Source of the DNA: Eledone cirrhosa
Lineage: Eukaryota
Assembly (NCBI GenBank): GCA_964016885.1
Contig: OZ024741.1
Coordinates: 18,352,001-18,416,000, forward strand
Direction: 5' to 3'
DNA: 64,000 nucleotides
A program made the translations under genes and the position numbers. Position 1 is the first letter of the stretch. Every line of letters begins with the position of its first letter. Below, piece by piece: positions 12,601 through 27,600 of this stretch. Below the pieces are notes generated by a model, which saw nothing but the letters and a program-made list of their open reading frames with translations, had not been told where the DNA came from and made no database searches.

Positions 12601-15600
12601 ACCATACCTGAGACAGTCTTGTTATAACTGGCTGTCACATTACAGTACTGTTCCCATACCTGAGACAGTCTTGTTATAACTGGCTGTCACATTACAGTAC
12701 TGTTCACATACCTGAGACAGTCTTGTTATAACTGACTGTCACATTACAGTACTGTTACCATACCTGAGACTGTCTTGTTATAACTGGCTGTCACATTACA
12801 GTACTGTTCACATACCTGAGACACTCTTGTTATAACTGGCTGTCACATTACAGTACTGTTCACATACCTGAGACAGTCTTGTTATAACTGGCTGTCACAT
12901 TACAGTACTGTTCACATACCTGAGACAGTCTTGTTATAACTGGCTGTCACATTACAGTACTGTTCACATACCTGAGACAGTCTTGTTATAACTGGCTGTC
13001 ACATTACAGTACTGTTCACATACCTGAGACACTCTTGTTATAACTGGCTGTCACATTACAGTACTGTTCACATACCTGAGACAGTCTTGTTATAACTGGC
13101 TGTCACATTACAGTACTGTTCACATACCTGAGACACTCTTGTTATAACTGGCTGTCACATTACAGTACTGTTCACATACCTGAGACAGTCTTGTTATAAC
13201 TGGCTGTCACATTACAGTACTGTTCACATACCTGAGACAGTCTTGTTATAACTGGCTGTCACATTACAGTACTGTTCACATACCTGAGACAGTCTTGTTA
13301 TAACTGGCTGTCACATTACAGTACTGTTCACATACCTGAGACACTCTTGTTATAACTGGCTGTCACATTACAGTACTGTCCACATACCTGAGACAGTCTT
13401 GTTATAACTGGCTGTCACATTACAGTACTGTTACCATACCTGAGACAGTCTTGTTATAACTGGCTGTCACATTACAGTACTGTTACCATACTTGAGACAG
13501 TCTTGTTATAACTGGCTGTCACATTACAGGACTGTTCACATACCTGAGACAGTCTTGTTATAACTGGCTGTCACATTACAGTACTGTTACCATACTTGAG
13601 ACAGTCTTGTTATAACTGGCTGTCACATTACAGGACTGTTCACATACCTGAGACAGTCTTGTTATAACTGGCTGTCACATTACAGGACTGTTCACATACC
13701 TGAGACAGTCTTGTTATAACTGGCTGTCACATTACAGGACTGTTCACATACCTGAGACAGTCTTGTTATAACTGGCTGTCACATTACAGTACTGTTACCA
13801 TACCTGAGACAGTCTTGTTATAACTGGCTGTCACATTACAGTACTGTTACCATACTTGAGACAGTCTTGTTATAACTGGCTGTCACATTACAGTACTGTT
13901 ACCATACCTGAGACAGTCTTGTTATAACTGGCTGTCACATTACAGTACTTTCCACATACCTGAGACAGTCTTGTTATAACTGGCTGTCACATTACAGTAC
14001 TGTTCACATACCTGAGACAGTCTTGTTATAACTGACTGTCACATTACAGTACTGTTACCATACCTGAGACAGTCTTGTTATAACTGGCTGTCACATTACA
14101 GTACTGTTCACATACCTGAGACAGTCTTGTTATAACTGGTTGTCACATTACAGTACTGTTCACATACCTGAGACAGTCTTGTTATAACTGACTGTCACAT
14201 TACAGTACTGTTCACATACCTGAGACAGTCTTGTTATAACTGGCTGTCACATTACAGTATTGTTACCATACCTGAGACAGTCTTGTTATAACTGGCTGTC
14301 ACATTACAGTACTGTTCCCATACCTGAGACAGTCTTGTTATAACTGGCTGTCACATTACAGTACTGTTCACATACCTGAGACACTCTTGTTATAACTGGC
14401 TGTCACATTACAGTACTGTTCACATACCTGAGACAGTCTTGTTATAACTGGCTGTCACATTACAGTACTGTTCACATACCTGAGACACTCTTGTTATAAC
14501 TGGCTGTCACATTACAGTACTGTTCACATACCTGAGACAGTCTTGTTATAACTGACTGTCACATTACAGTACTGTTACCATACCTGAGACAGTCTTGTTA
14601 TAACTGGCTGTCACATTACAGTACTGTTCACATACCTGAGACAGTCTTGTTATAACTGGCTGTCACATTACAGTACTGTTCCCATACCTGAGACAGTCTT
14701 GTTATAACTGGCTGTCACATTACAGTACTGTTCACATACCTGAGACACTCTTGTTATAACTGGCTGTCACATTACAGTACTGTTCACATACCTGAGACAG
14801 TCTTGTTATAACTGGCTGTCACATTACAGTACTGTTCACATACCTGAGACAGTCTTGTTATAACTGACTGTCACATTACAGTACTGTTACCATACCTGAG
14901 ACTGTCTTGTTATAACTGGCTGTCACATTACAGTACTGTTCACATACCTGAGACACTCTTGTTATAACTGGCTGTCACATTACAGTACTGTTCACATACC
15001 TGAGACAGTCTTGTTATAACTGGCTGTCACATTACAGTACTGTTCACATACCTGAGACAGTCTTGTTATAACTGGCTGTCACATTACAGTACTGTTCACA
15101 TACCTGAGACAGTCTTGTTATAACTGGCTGTCACATTACAGTACTGTTCACATACCTGAGACAGTCTTGTTATAACTGGCTGTCACATTACAGTACTGTC
15201 CACATACCTGAGGCACTCTTGTTATAACTGGCTGTCACATTACAGTACTGTTCACATACCTGAGACAGTCTTGTTATAACTGGCTGTCACATTACAGTAC
15301 TGTTACCATACCTGAGACAGTCTTGTTATAACTGGCTGTCACATTACAGTACTGTTCACATATCTGAGACAGTCTTGTTATAACTGGCTGTCACATTACA
15401 GTACTGTTACCATACCTGAGACAGTCTTGTTATAACTGGCTGTCACATTACAGTACTGTTACCATACCTGAGACAGTCTTGTTATAACTGGCTGTCACAT
15501 TACAGTACTGCTCACATACCTGAGACAGTCTTGTTATAACTGGCTGTCACATTACAGTACTGCTCACATACCTGAGACAGTCTTGTTATAACTGGCTGTC

Positions 15601-18600
15601 ACATTACAGTACTGTTCACATATCTGAGACAGTCTTGTTATAACTGGCTGTCACATTACAGTACTGTTCACATACCTGAGACAGTCTTGTTATAACTGGC
15701 TGTCACATTACAGTACTGTTACCATACCTGAGACAGTCTTGTTATAACTGGCTGTCACATTACAGTACTGCTCACATACCCGAGACAGTCTTGTTATAAC
15801 TGGCTGTCACATTACAGTACTGTTACCATACCTGAGACAGTCTTGTTATAACTGGCTGTCACATTACAGTACTGTTCACATACCTGAGACAGTCTTGTTA
15901 TAACTGGCTGTCACATTACAGTACTGTTCACATATCTGAGACAGTCTTGTTATAACTGGCTGTCACATTACAGTACTGTTACCATACCTGAGACAGTCTT
16001 GTTATAACTGGCTGTCACATTACAGTACTGTTCACATACCTGAGACAGTCTTGTTATAACTGGCTGTCACATTACAGTACTGTTACCATACCTGAGACAG
16101 TCTTGTTATAACTGGCTGTCACATTACAGTACTGCTCACATACCTGAGACAGTCTTGTTATAACTGGCTGTCACATTACAGTACTGCTCACATACCTGAG
16201 ACAGTCTTGTTATAACTGGCTGTCACACTACAGTATTGTTCACATACCTGAGACAGTCTTGTTATAACTGACTGTCACATTACAGTACTGTTCACATACC
16301 TGAGACAGTCTTGTTATAACTGGCTGTCACATTACAGTACTGTTACCATACCTGAGACACTCTTGTTATAACTGGCTGTCACATTACAGTACTGTTACCA
16401 TACCTGAGACACTCTTGTTATAACTGGCTGTCACATTACAGTACTGTTACCATACTTGAGACAGTCTTGTTATAACTGGCTGTTACATTACAGTACTGTT
16501 ACCATACCTGAGACAGTCTTGTTATAACTGGCTGTTACATTACAGTACTGTTACCATACCTGAGACAGTCTTGTTATAACTGGCTGTTACATTACAGTAC
16601 TGTTACCATACCTGAGACAGTCTTGTTATAACTGGCTGTTACATTACAGTACTGTTACCATACCTGAGACAGTCTTGTTATAACTGGCTGTCACATTACA
16701 GTACTGTTCACATACCTGAGACAGTCTTGTTATAACTGGCTGTTACATTACAGTACTGTTACCATACCTGAGACAGTCTTGTTATAACTGGCTGTTACAT
16801 TACAGTACTGTTACCATACCTGAGACAGTCTTGTTATAACTGGCTGTCACATTACAGTACTGTTCACATACCTGAGACAGTCTTGTTATAACTGGCTGTC
16901 ACATTACAGTACTGTTCACATACCTGAGACAGTCTTGTTATAACTGGCTGTCACATTACAGTACTGTTCACATACCTGAGACAGTCTTGTTATAACTGGC
17001 TGTCACATTACAGTACTGTTCACATACCTGAGACAGTCTTGTTATAACTGGCTGTCACATTACAGTACTGTTCACATACCTGAGACAGTCTTGTTATAAC
17101 TGGCTGTCACATTACAGTACTGTTCACATACCTGAGACAGTCTTGTTATAACTGGCTGTCACATTACAGTACTGTTCACATACCTGAGACAGTCTTGTTA
17201 TAACTGGCTGTCACATTACAGTACTGTTCACATACCTGAGACAGTCTTGTTATAACTGGCTGTCACATTACAGTACTGTTCACATACCTGAGACAGTCTT
17301 GTTATAACTGGCTGTCACATTACAGTACTGTCCACATACCTGAGACAGTCTTGTTATAACTGGCTGTCACATTACAGTACTGTTCACATACCTGAGACAG
17401 TCTTGTTATAACTGGCTGTCACATTACAGTACTGTTACCATACCTGAGACAGTCTTGTTATAACTGGCTGTCACATTACAGTACTGTCCATATACCTGAG
17501 ACAGTCTTGTTATAACTGGCTGTCACATTACAGGACTGTTCACATACCTGAGACAGTCTTGTTATAACTGGCTGTCACATTACAGTACTGTTCACATACC
17601 TGAGACAGTCTTGTTATAACTGGCTGTCACATTACAGTACTGTTACCATACCTGAGACAGTTTTGTTATAACTGGCTGTCACATTACAGTACTGTTCACA
17701 TACCTGAGACAGTCTTGTTATAACTGGCTGTCACATTACAGTACTGTTCACATACCTGAGACAGTCTTGTTATAACTGGCTGTCACATTACAGTACTGTT
17801 CACATACCTGAGACAGTCTTGTTATAACTGGCTGTCACATTACAGTACTGTTCACATACCTGAGACAGTCTTGTTATAACTGGCTGTCACATTACAGTAC
17901 TGTTACCATACCTGAGACAGTCTTGTTATAACTGGCTGTCACATTACAGTACTGTTACCATACCTGAGACAGTCTTGTTATAACTGGCTGTCACATTACA
18001 GTGCTGTTCACATACCTGAGACAGTCTTGTTATAACTGGCTGTCACATTACAGTACTGTTCACATACCTGAGACAGTCTTGTTATAACTGGCTGTCACAT
18101 TACAGTGCTGTTCACATACCTGAGACAGTCTTGTTATAACTGGCTGTCACATTACAGTACTGTTCACATACCTGAGACAGTCTTGTTATAACTGGCTGTC
18201 ACATTACAGTGCTGTTCACATACCTGAGACAGTCTTGTTATAACTGGCTGTCACATTACAGTACTGTTACCATACCTGAGACAGTTTTGTTATAACTGGC
18301 TGTCACATTACAGTACTGTTCACATACCTGAGACAGTCTTGTTATAACTGGCTGTCACATTACAGTACTGTTACCATACCTGAGACAGTCTTGTTATAAC
18401 TGGCTGTCACATTACAGGACTGTTCACATACCTGAGACAGTCTTGTTATAACTGGCTGTCACATTACAGTACTTTCCACATACCTGAGACAGTCTTGTTA
18501 TAACTGGCTGTCACATTACAGTACTGTTCACATACCTGAGACAGTCTTGTTATAACTGGCTGTCACATTACAGTACTGTTCCCATACCTGAGACAGTCTT

Positions 18601-21600
18601 GTTATAACTGGCTGTCACATTACAGTACTGTTCACATACCTGAGACATTCTTGTTATAACTGGCTGTCACATTACAGTACTCTTCACATACCTGAGACAG
18701 TCTTGTTATAACTGGCTGTCACATTACAGTACTGTTCACATATCTGAGACAGTCTTGTTATAAATGGCTGTCACATTACAGTACTCTTCACATACCTGAG
18801 ACAGTCTTGTTATAACTGGCTGTCACATTACAGTACTGTTCACATACCTGAGACAGTCTTGTTATAACTGGCTGTCACATTACAGTACTGTTCACATATC
18901 TGAGACAGTCTTGTTATAACTGGCTGTCACATTACAGTACTTTCCACATACCTGAGACACACTTGTTATAACTGGCTGTCACATTACAGTACTGTTCACA
19001 TACCTGAGACACACTTGTTATAACTGGCTGTCACATTACGGTACTGTTCACATACCTGAGACAGTCTTGTTATAACTGGCTGTCACATTACAGTACTGTT
19101 CACATACCTGAGACAGTCTTGTTATAACTGGCTGTCACATTACAGTACTGTTACCATACTTGAGACAGTCTTGTTATAACTGGCTGTCACATTACAGTAC
19201 TGTTACCATACCTGAGACAGTCTTGTTATAACTGGCTGTCACATTACAGTACTGTTACCATACTTGAGACAGTCTTGTTATAACTGGCTGTCACATTACA
19301 GTACTGTTACCATACCTGAGACAGTCTTGTTATAACTGGCTGTCACATTACAGTACTTTCCACATACCTGAGACAGTCTTGTTATAACTGGCTGTCACAT
19401 TACAGTACTGTTCACATACCTGAGACAGTCTTGTTATAACTGACTGTCACATTACAGTACTGTTACCATACCTGAGACAGTCTTGTTATAACTGGCTGTC
19501 ACATTACAGTACTGTTACCATACTTGAGACAGTCTTGTTATAACTGACTGTCACATTACAGTACTGTTCACATACCTGAGACAGTCTTGTTATAACTGGT
19601 TGTCACATTACAGTACTGTTCACATATCTGAGACAGTCTTGTTATAACTGGCTGTCACATTACAGTACTTTCCACATACCTGAGACACACTTGTTATAAC
19701 TGGCTGTCACATTACAGTACTGTTACCATACTTGAGACAGTCTTGTTATAACTGACTGTCACATTACAGTACTGTTACCATACTTGAGACAGTCTTGTTA
19801 TAACTGACTGTCACATTACAGTACTGTTACCATACTTGAGACAGTCTTGTTATAACTGGCTGTCACATTACAGTACTGTTACCATACTTGAGACAGTCTT
19901 GTTATAACTGACTGTCACATTACAGTACTGTTCACATACCTGAGACAGTCTTGTTATAACTGGCTGTCACATTACAGTACTGTTCACATACCTGAGACAG
20001 TCTTGTTATAACTGGCTGTCACATTACAGTACTGTTCACATACCTGAGACAGTCTTGTTATAACTGGCTGTCACATTACAGTACTGTTACCATACTTGAG
20101 ACAGTCTTGTTATAACTGGCTGTCACATTACAGTACTGTTCACATACCTGAGACACACTTGTTATAACTGGCTGTCACATTACGGTACTGTTCACATACC
20201 TGAGACAGTCTTGTTATAACTGGCTGTCACATTACAGTACTGTTCACATACCTGAGACAGTCTTGTTATAACTGGCTGTCACATTACAGTACTGTTACCA
20301 TACCTGAGACAGTCTTGTTATAACTGGCTGTCACATTACAGTACTGTTACCATACTTGAGACAGTCTTGTTATAACTGGCTGTCACATTACAGTACTGTT
20401 CACATACCTGAGACAGTCTTGTTATAACTGGCTGTCACATTACAGTACTGTTCACATACCTGAGACAGTCTTGTTATAACTGGCTGTCACATTACAGTAC
20501 TGTTACCATACTTGAGACAGTCTTGTTATAACTGGCTGTCACATTACAGTACTGTTACCATACCTGAGACAGTCTTGTTATAACTGGCTGTCACATTACA
20601 GTACTGTCCACATACCTGAGACAGTCTTGTTATAACTGGCTGTCACATTACAGTACTGTCCACATACCTGAGACAGTCTTGTTATAACTGGCTGTCACAT
20701 TACAGTACTGTTACCATACTTGAGACAGTCTTGTTATAACTGGCTGTCACATTACAGTACTTTCCACATACCTGAGACAGTCTTGTTATAACTGGCTGTC
20801 ACATTACAGTACTGTTCACATACCTGAGACAGTCTTGTTATAACTGACTGTCACATTACAGTACTGTTCACATACCTGAGACAGTCTTGTTATAACTGGC
20901 TGTCACATTACAGTGCTGTTCACATACCTGAGACAGTCTTGTTATAACTGGCTGTCACATTACAGTACTGTTCACATACCTGAGACAGTCTTGTTATAAC
21001 TGGCTGTCACATTACAGTACTGTTCACATACCTGAGACAGTCTTGTTATAACTGGCTGTCACATTACAGTACTGTTCACATACCTGAGACAGTCTTGTTA
21101 TAACTGGCTGTCACATTACAGTACTTTCCACATACCTGAGACAGTCTTGTTATAACTGGCTGTCACATTACAGGACTGTTCACATACCTGAGACAGTCTT
21201 GTTATAACTGGCTGTCACATTACAGTACTGTTCACATACCTGAGACAGTCTTGTTATAACTGGCTGTCACATTACAGGACTGTTCACATACCTGAGACAG
21301 TCTTGTTATAACTGGCTGTCACATTACGGTACTGTTCACATACCTGAGACAGTCTTGTTATAACTGGCTGTCACATTACAGGACTGTTCACATACCTGAG
21401 ACAGTCTTGTTATAACTGGCTGTCACATTACAGTACTGTTCACATACCTGAGACAGTCTTGTTATAACTGACTGTCACATTACAGTACTGTTCACATACC
21501 TGAGACAGTCTTGTTATAACTGGCTGTCACATTACAGTACTGTTCCCATACCTGAGACAGTCTTGTTATAACTGGCTGTCACATTACAGTACTGTTCACA

Positions 21601-24600
21601 TACCTGAGACAGTCTTGTTATAACTGGCTGTCACATTACAGTACTGTTCACATACCTGAGACAGTCTTGTTATAACTGGCTGTCACATTACAGTACTGTT
21701 CACATACCTGAGACAGTCTTGTTATAACTGGCTGTCACATTACAGTACTGTTCACATACCTGAGACAGTCTTGTTATAACTGGCTGTCACATTACAGTAC
21801 TGTTCCCATACCTGAGACAGTCTTGTTATAACTGGCTGTCACATTACAGTACTTTCCACATACCTGAGACAGTCTTGTTATAACTGGCTGTCACATTACA
21901 GTACTGTTCCCATACCTGAGACAGTCTTGTTATAACTGGCTGTCACATTACAGTACTGTTACCATACCTGAGACAGTTTTGTTATAACTGGCTGTCACAT
22001 TACAGTACTGTTCCCATACCTGAGACAGTCTTGTTATAACTGGCTGTCACATTACAGTACTGTTCACATACCTGAAACAGTCTTGTTATAACTGGCTGTC
22101 ACATTACAGTACTGTTCCCATACCTGAGACAGTCTTGTTATAACTGGCTGTCACATTACAGTACTTTCCACATACCTGAGACAGTCTTGTTATAACTGGC
22201 TGTCACATTACAGTACTGTTCCCATACCTGAGACAGTCTTGTTATAACTGGCTGTCACATTACAGTACTGTTACCATACCTGAGACAGTTTTGTTATAAC
22301 TGGCTGTCACATTACAGTACTGTTCCCATACCTGAGACAGTCTTGTTATAACTGGCTGTCACATTACAGTACTGTTCCCATACCTGAGACAGTCTTGTTA
22401 TAACTGGCTGTCACATTACAGTACTGTTACCATACCTGAGACAGTCTTGTTATAACTGGCTGTCACATTACAGTACTGTTACCATACCTGAGACAGTCTT
22501 GTTATAACTGGCTGTCACATTACAGTACTGTTACCATACCTGAGACAGTTTTGTTATAACTGGCTGTCACATTACAGTACTGTTCACATACCTGAGACAG
22601 TCTTGTTATAACTGGCTGTCACATTACAGTACTGTTACCATACCTGAGACAGTCTTGTTATAACTGGCTGTCACATTACAGGACTGTTCACATACCTGAG
22701 ACAGTCTTGTTATAACTGGCTGTCACATTACAGTACTGTTCACATACCTGAGACAGTCTTGTTATAACTGGCTGTCACATTACAGTACTGTTCACATACC
22801 TGAGACAGTCTTGTTATAACTGGCTGTCACATTACAGTACTGTTCACATACCTGAGACATTCTTGTTATAACTGGCTGTCACATTACAGTACTCTTCACA
22901 TACCTGAGACAGTCTTGTTATAACTGGCTGTCACATTACAGTACTGTTCACATATCTGAGACAGTCTTGTTATAACTGGCTGTCACATTACAGTACTCTT
23001 CACATACCTGAGACAGTCTTGTTATAACTGGCTGTCACATTACAGTACTGTTCACATACCTGAGACAGTCTTGTTATAACTGGCTGTCACATTACAGTAC
23101 TGTTCACATATCTGAGACAGTCTTGTTATAACTGGCTGTCACATTACAGTACTCTTCACATACCTGAGACAGTCTTGTTATAACTGGCTGTCACATTACA
23201 GTACTGTTCACATATCTGAGACAGTCTTGTTATAACTGGCTGTCACATTACGGTACTGTTCACATACCTGAGACAGTCTTGTTATAACTGGCTGTCACAT
23301 TACAGTAGTGTTCATATATCTGAGACAGTCTTGTTATAACTGGCTGTCACATTACAGTACTCTTCACATACCTGAGACACTCTTGTTATAACTGGCTGTC
23401 ACATTACAGTACTGTCCATATACCTGAGACAGTCTTGTTATAACTGGCTGTCACATTACAGTACTGTTACCATACCTGAGACAGTCTTGTTATAACTGGC
23501 TGTCACATTACAGTACTGTTACCATACTTGAGACAGTCTTGTTATAACTGGCTGTCACATTACAGTACTGTTACCATACCTGAGACAGTCTTGTTATAAC
23601 TGGCTGTCACATTACAGTACTTTCCACATACCTGAGACAGTCTTGTTATAACTGGCTGTCACATTACTGTACTGTTCACATACCTGAGACAGTCTTGTTA
23701 TAACTGACTGTCACATTACAGTACTGTTACCATACCTGAGACAGTCTTGTTATAACTGGCTGTCACATTACAGTACTGTTACCATACCTGAGACAGTCTT
23801 GTTATAACTGGCTGTCACATTACAGGACTGTTCACATACCTGAGACAGTCTTGTTATAACTGGCTGTCACATTACAGTACTGTTCACATACCTGAGACAG
23901 TCTTGTTATAACTGGCTGTCACATTACAGTACTGTTCACATACCTGAGACAGTCTTGTTATAACTGGCTGTCACATTACAGTACTGTTCACATACCTGAG
24001 ACATTCTTGTTATAACTGGCTGTCACATTACAGTACTCTTCACATACCTGAGACAGTCTTGTTATAACTGGCTGTCACATTACAGTACTGTTCACATATC
24101 TGAGACAGTCTTGTTATAACTGGCTGTCACATTACAGTACTCTTCACATACCTGAGACAGTCTTGTTATAACTGGCTGTCACATTACAGTACTGTTCACA
24201 TACCTGAGACAGTCTTGTTATAACTGGCTGTCACATTACAGTACTGTTCACATATCTGAGACAGTCTTGTTATAACTGGCTGTCACATTACAGTACTCTT
24301 CACATACCTGAGACAGTCTTGTTATAACTGGCTGTCACATTACAGTACTGTTACCATACTTGAGACAGTCTTGTTATAACTGGCTGTCACATTACAGTAC
24401 TGTTACCATACCTGAGACAGTCTTGTTATAACTGGCTGTCACATTACAGTACTGTTACCATACTTGAGACAGTCTTGTTATAACTGGCTGTCACATTACA
24501 GTACTGTTACCATACCTGAGACAGTCTTGTTATAACTGGCTGTCACATTACAGTACTTTCCACATACCTGAGACAGTCTTGTTATAACTGGCTGTCACAT

Positions 24601-27600
24601 TACAGTACTGTTCACATACCTGAGACAGTCTTGTTATAACTGGCTGTCACATTACAGTACTGTTACCATACTTGAGACAGTCTTGTTATAACTGGCTGTC
24701 ACATTACAGTACTGTTCACATACCTGAGACAGTCTTGTTATAACTGGCTGTCACATTACAGTACTGTTCACATACCTGAGACAGTCTTGTTATAACTGAC
24801 TGTCACATTACAGTACTGTCCACATACCTGAGACAGTCTTGTTATAACTGGCTGTCACATTACAGTACTGTTCCCATACCTGAGACAGTCTTGTTATAAC
24901 TGGCTGTCACATTACAGTACTGTTCCCATACCTGAGACACTCTTGTTATAACTGGCTGTCACAGTACAGTACTGTCCACATACCTGAGACAGTCTTGTTA
25001 TAACTGGCTGTCACATTACAGGACTGTTCACATACCTGAGACAGTCTTGTTATAACTGGCTGTCACATTACAGTACTGTTCACATACCTGAGACAGTCTT
25101 GTTATAACTGGCTGTCACATTACAGTACTGTTACCATACCTGAGACAGTCTTGTTATAACTGGCTGTCACATTACAGTACTTTCCACATACCTGAGACAG
25201 TCTTGTTATAACTGGCTGTCACATTACAGTACTGTTCACATACCTGAGACAGTCTTGTTATAACTGGCTGTCACATTACAGGACTGTTCACATACCTGAG
25301 ACAGTCTTGTTATAACTGGCTGTCACATTACAGTACTGTTACCATACCTGAGACAGTCATGTTATAACTGGCTGTCACATTACAGGACTGTTCACATACC
25401 TGAGACAGTCTTGTTATAACTGGCTGTCACATTACAGTACTGTTCACATACCTGAGACAGTCTTGTTATAACTGGCTGTCACATTACAGGACTGTTCACA
25501 TACCTGAGACAGTCTTGTTATAACTGGCTGTCACATTACAGTACTGTTCACATACCTGAGACAGTCTTGTTATAACTGGCTGTCACATTACAGTACTGTT
25601 CACATACCTGAGACACTCTTGTTATAACTGGCTGTCACATTACAGTACTGTTACCATACCTGAGACAGTCTTGTTATAACTGGCTGTCACATTACAGTAC
25701 TGTCCACATACCTGAGACAGTGTTGTTATAACTGGCTGTCACATTACAGTACTGTTCACATACCTGAGACAGTCTTGTTATAACTGGCTGTCACATTACA
25801 GTACTGTTCACATACCTGAGACAGTCTTGTTATAACTGGCTGTCACATTACAGGACTGTTCACATACCTGAGACATTCTTGTTATAACTGGCTGTCACAT
25901 TACAGTACTGTTACCATACCTGAGACAGTCTTGTTATAACTGGCTGTCACATTACAGTACTGTTACCATACCTGAGACAGTCATGTTATAACTGGCTGTC
26001 ACATTACAGGACTGTTCACATACCTGAGACAGTCTTGTTATAACTGGCTGTCACATTACAGGACTGTTCACATACCTGAGACAGTCTTGTTATAACTGAC
26101 TGTCACATTACAGTACTGTTCACATACCTGAGACAGTCTTGTTATAACTGGCTGTCACATTACAGTACTGTTACCATACCTGAGACAGTCTTGTTATAAC
26201 TGACTGTCACATTACAGTACTGTTCACATACCTGAGACAGTCTTGTTATAACTGACTGTCACATTACAGTACTGTTCACATACCTGAGACAGTCTTGTTA
26301 TAACTGGCTGTCACATTACAGGACTGTTCACATACCTGAGACAGTCTTGTTATAACTGACTGTCACATTACAGTACTGTTCACATACCTGAGACAGTCTT
26401 GTTATAACTGGCTGTCACATTACAGGACTGTTCACATACCTGAGACAGTCTTGTTATAACTGACTGTCACATTACAGTACTGTTCACATACCTGAGACAG
26501 TCTTGTTATAACTGGCTGTCACATTACAGTACTGTTACCATACCTGAGACAGTCTTGTTATAACTGACTGTCACATTACAGTACTGTTCACATACCTGAG
26601 ACAGTCTTGTTATAACTGACTGTCACATTACAGTACTGTTACCATACCTGAGACAGTTTTGTTATAACTGGCTGTCACATTACCGTACTGTTCATATACC
26701 TGAGACAGTCTTGTTATAACTGGCTGTCACATTACAGTACTGTTACCATACCTGAGACAGTCTTGTTATAACTGGCTGTCACATTACAGTACTGTTACCA
26801 TACCTGAGACAGTCTTGTTATAACTGGCTGTCACATTACAGTACTGTTCACATACCTGAGACAGTGTTGTTATAACTGGCTGTCACATTACAGTACTGTT
26901 CCCATACCTGAGACAGTTTTGTTATAACTGGCTGTCACATTACAGTACTGTTCACATATCTGAGACAGTCTTGTTATAACTGGCTGTCACATTACAGTAC
27001 TGTTCACATACCTGAGACAGTTTTGTTATAACTGGCTGTCACATTACAGTACTGTTCACATACCTGAGACAGTCTTGTTATAACTGGCTGTCACATTACA
27101 GTACTGTCCACATACCTGAGACAGTCTTGTTATAACTGGCTGTCACATTACAGTACTGTTCACATACCTGAGACAGTCTTGTTATAACTGGCTGTCACAT
27201 TACAGTACTGTCCACATACCTGAGACAGTCTTGTTATAACTGGCTGTCACAATACAGTACTGTTCACATACCTGAGACTGTCTTGTTATAACTGGCTGTC
27301 ACATTACAGTACTGTTCACATACCTGAGACAGTCTTGTTATAACTGGCTGTCACATTACAGGACTGTTCACATACCTGAGACAGTCTTGTTATAACTGGC
27401 TGTCACATTACAGGACTGTTCACATACCTGAGACAGTCTTGTTATAACTGGCTGTCACATTACAGTACTGTTACCATACCTGAGACAGTCTTGTTATAAC
27501 TGGCTGTCACATTACAGTACTGTTCACATACCTGTGACAGTCTTGTTATAACTGGCTGTCACATTACAGTACTGTTCACATATCTGAGACAGTCTTGTTA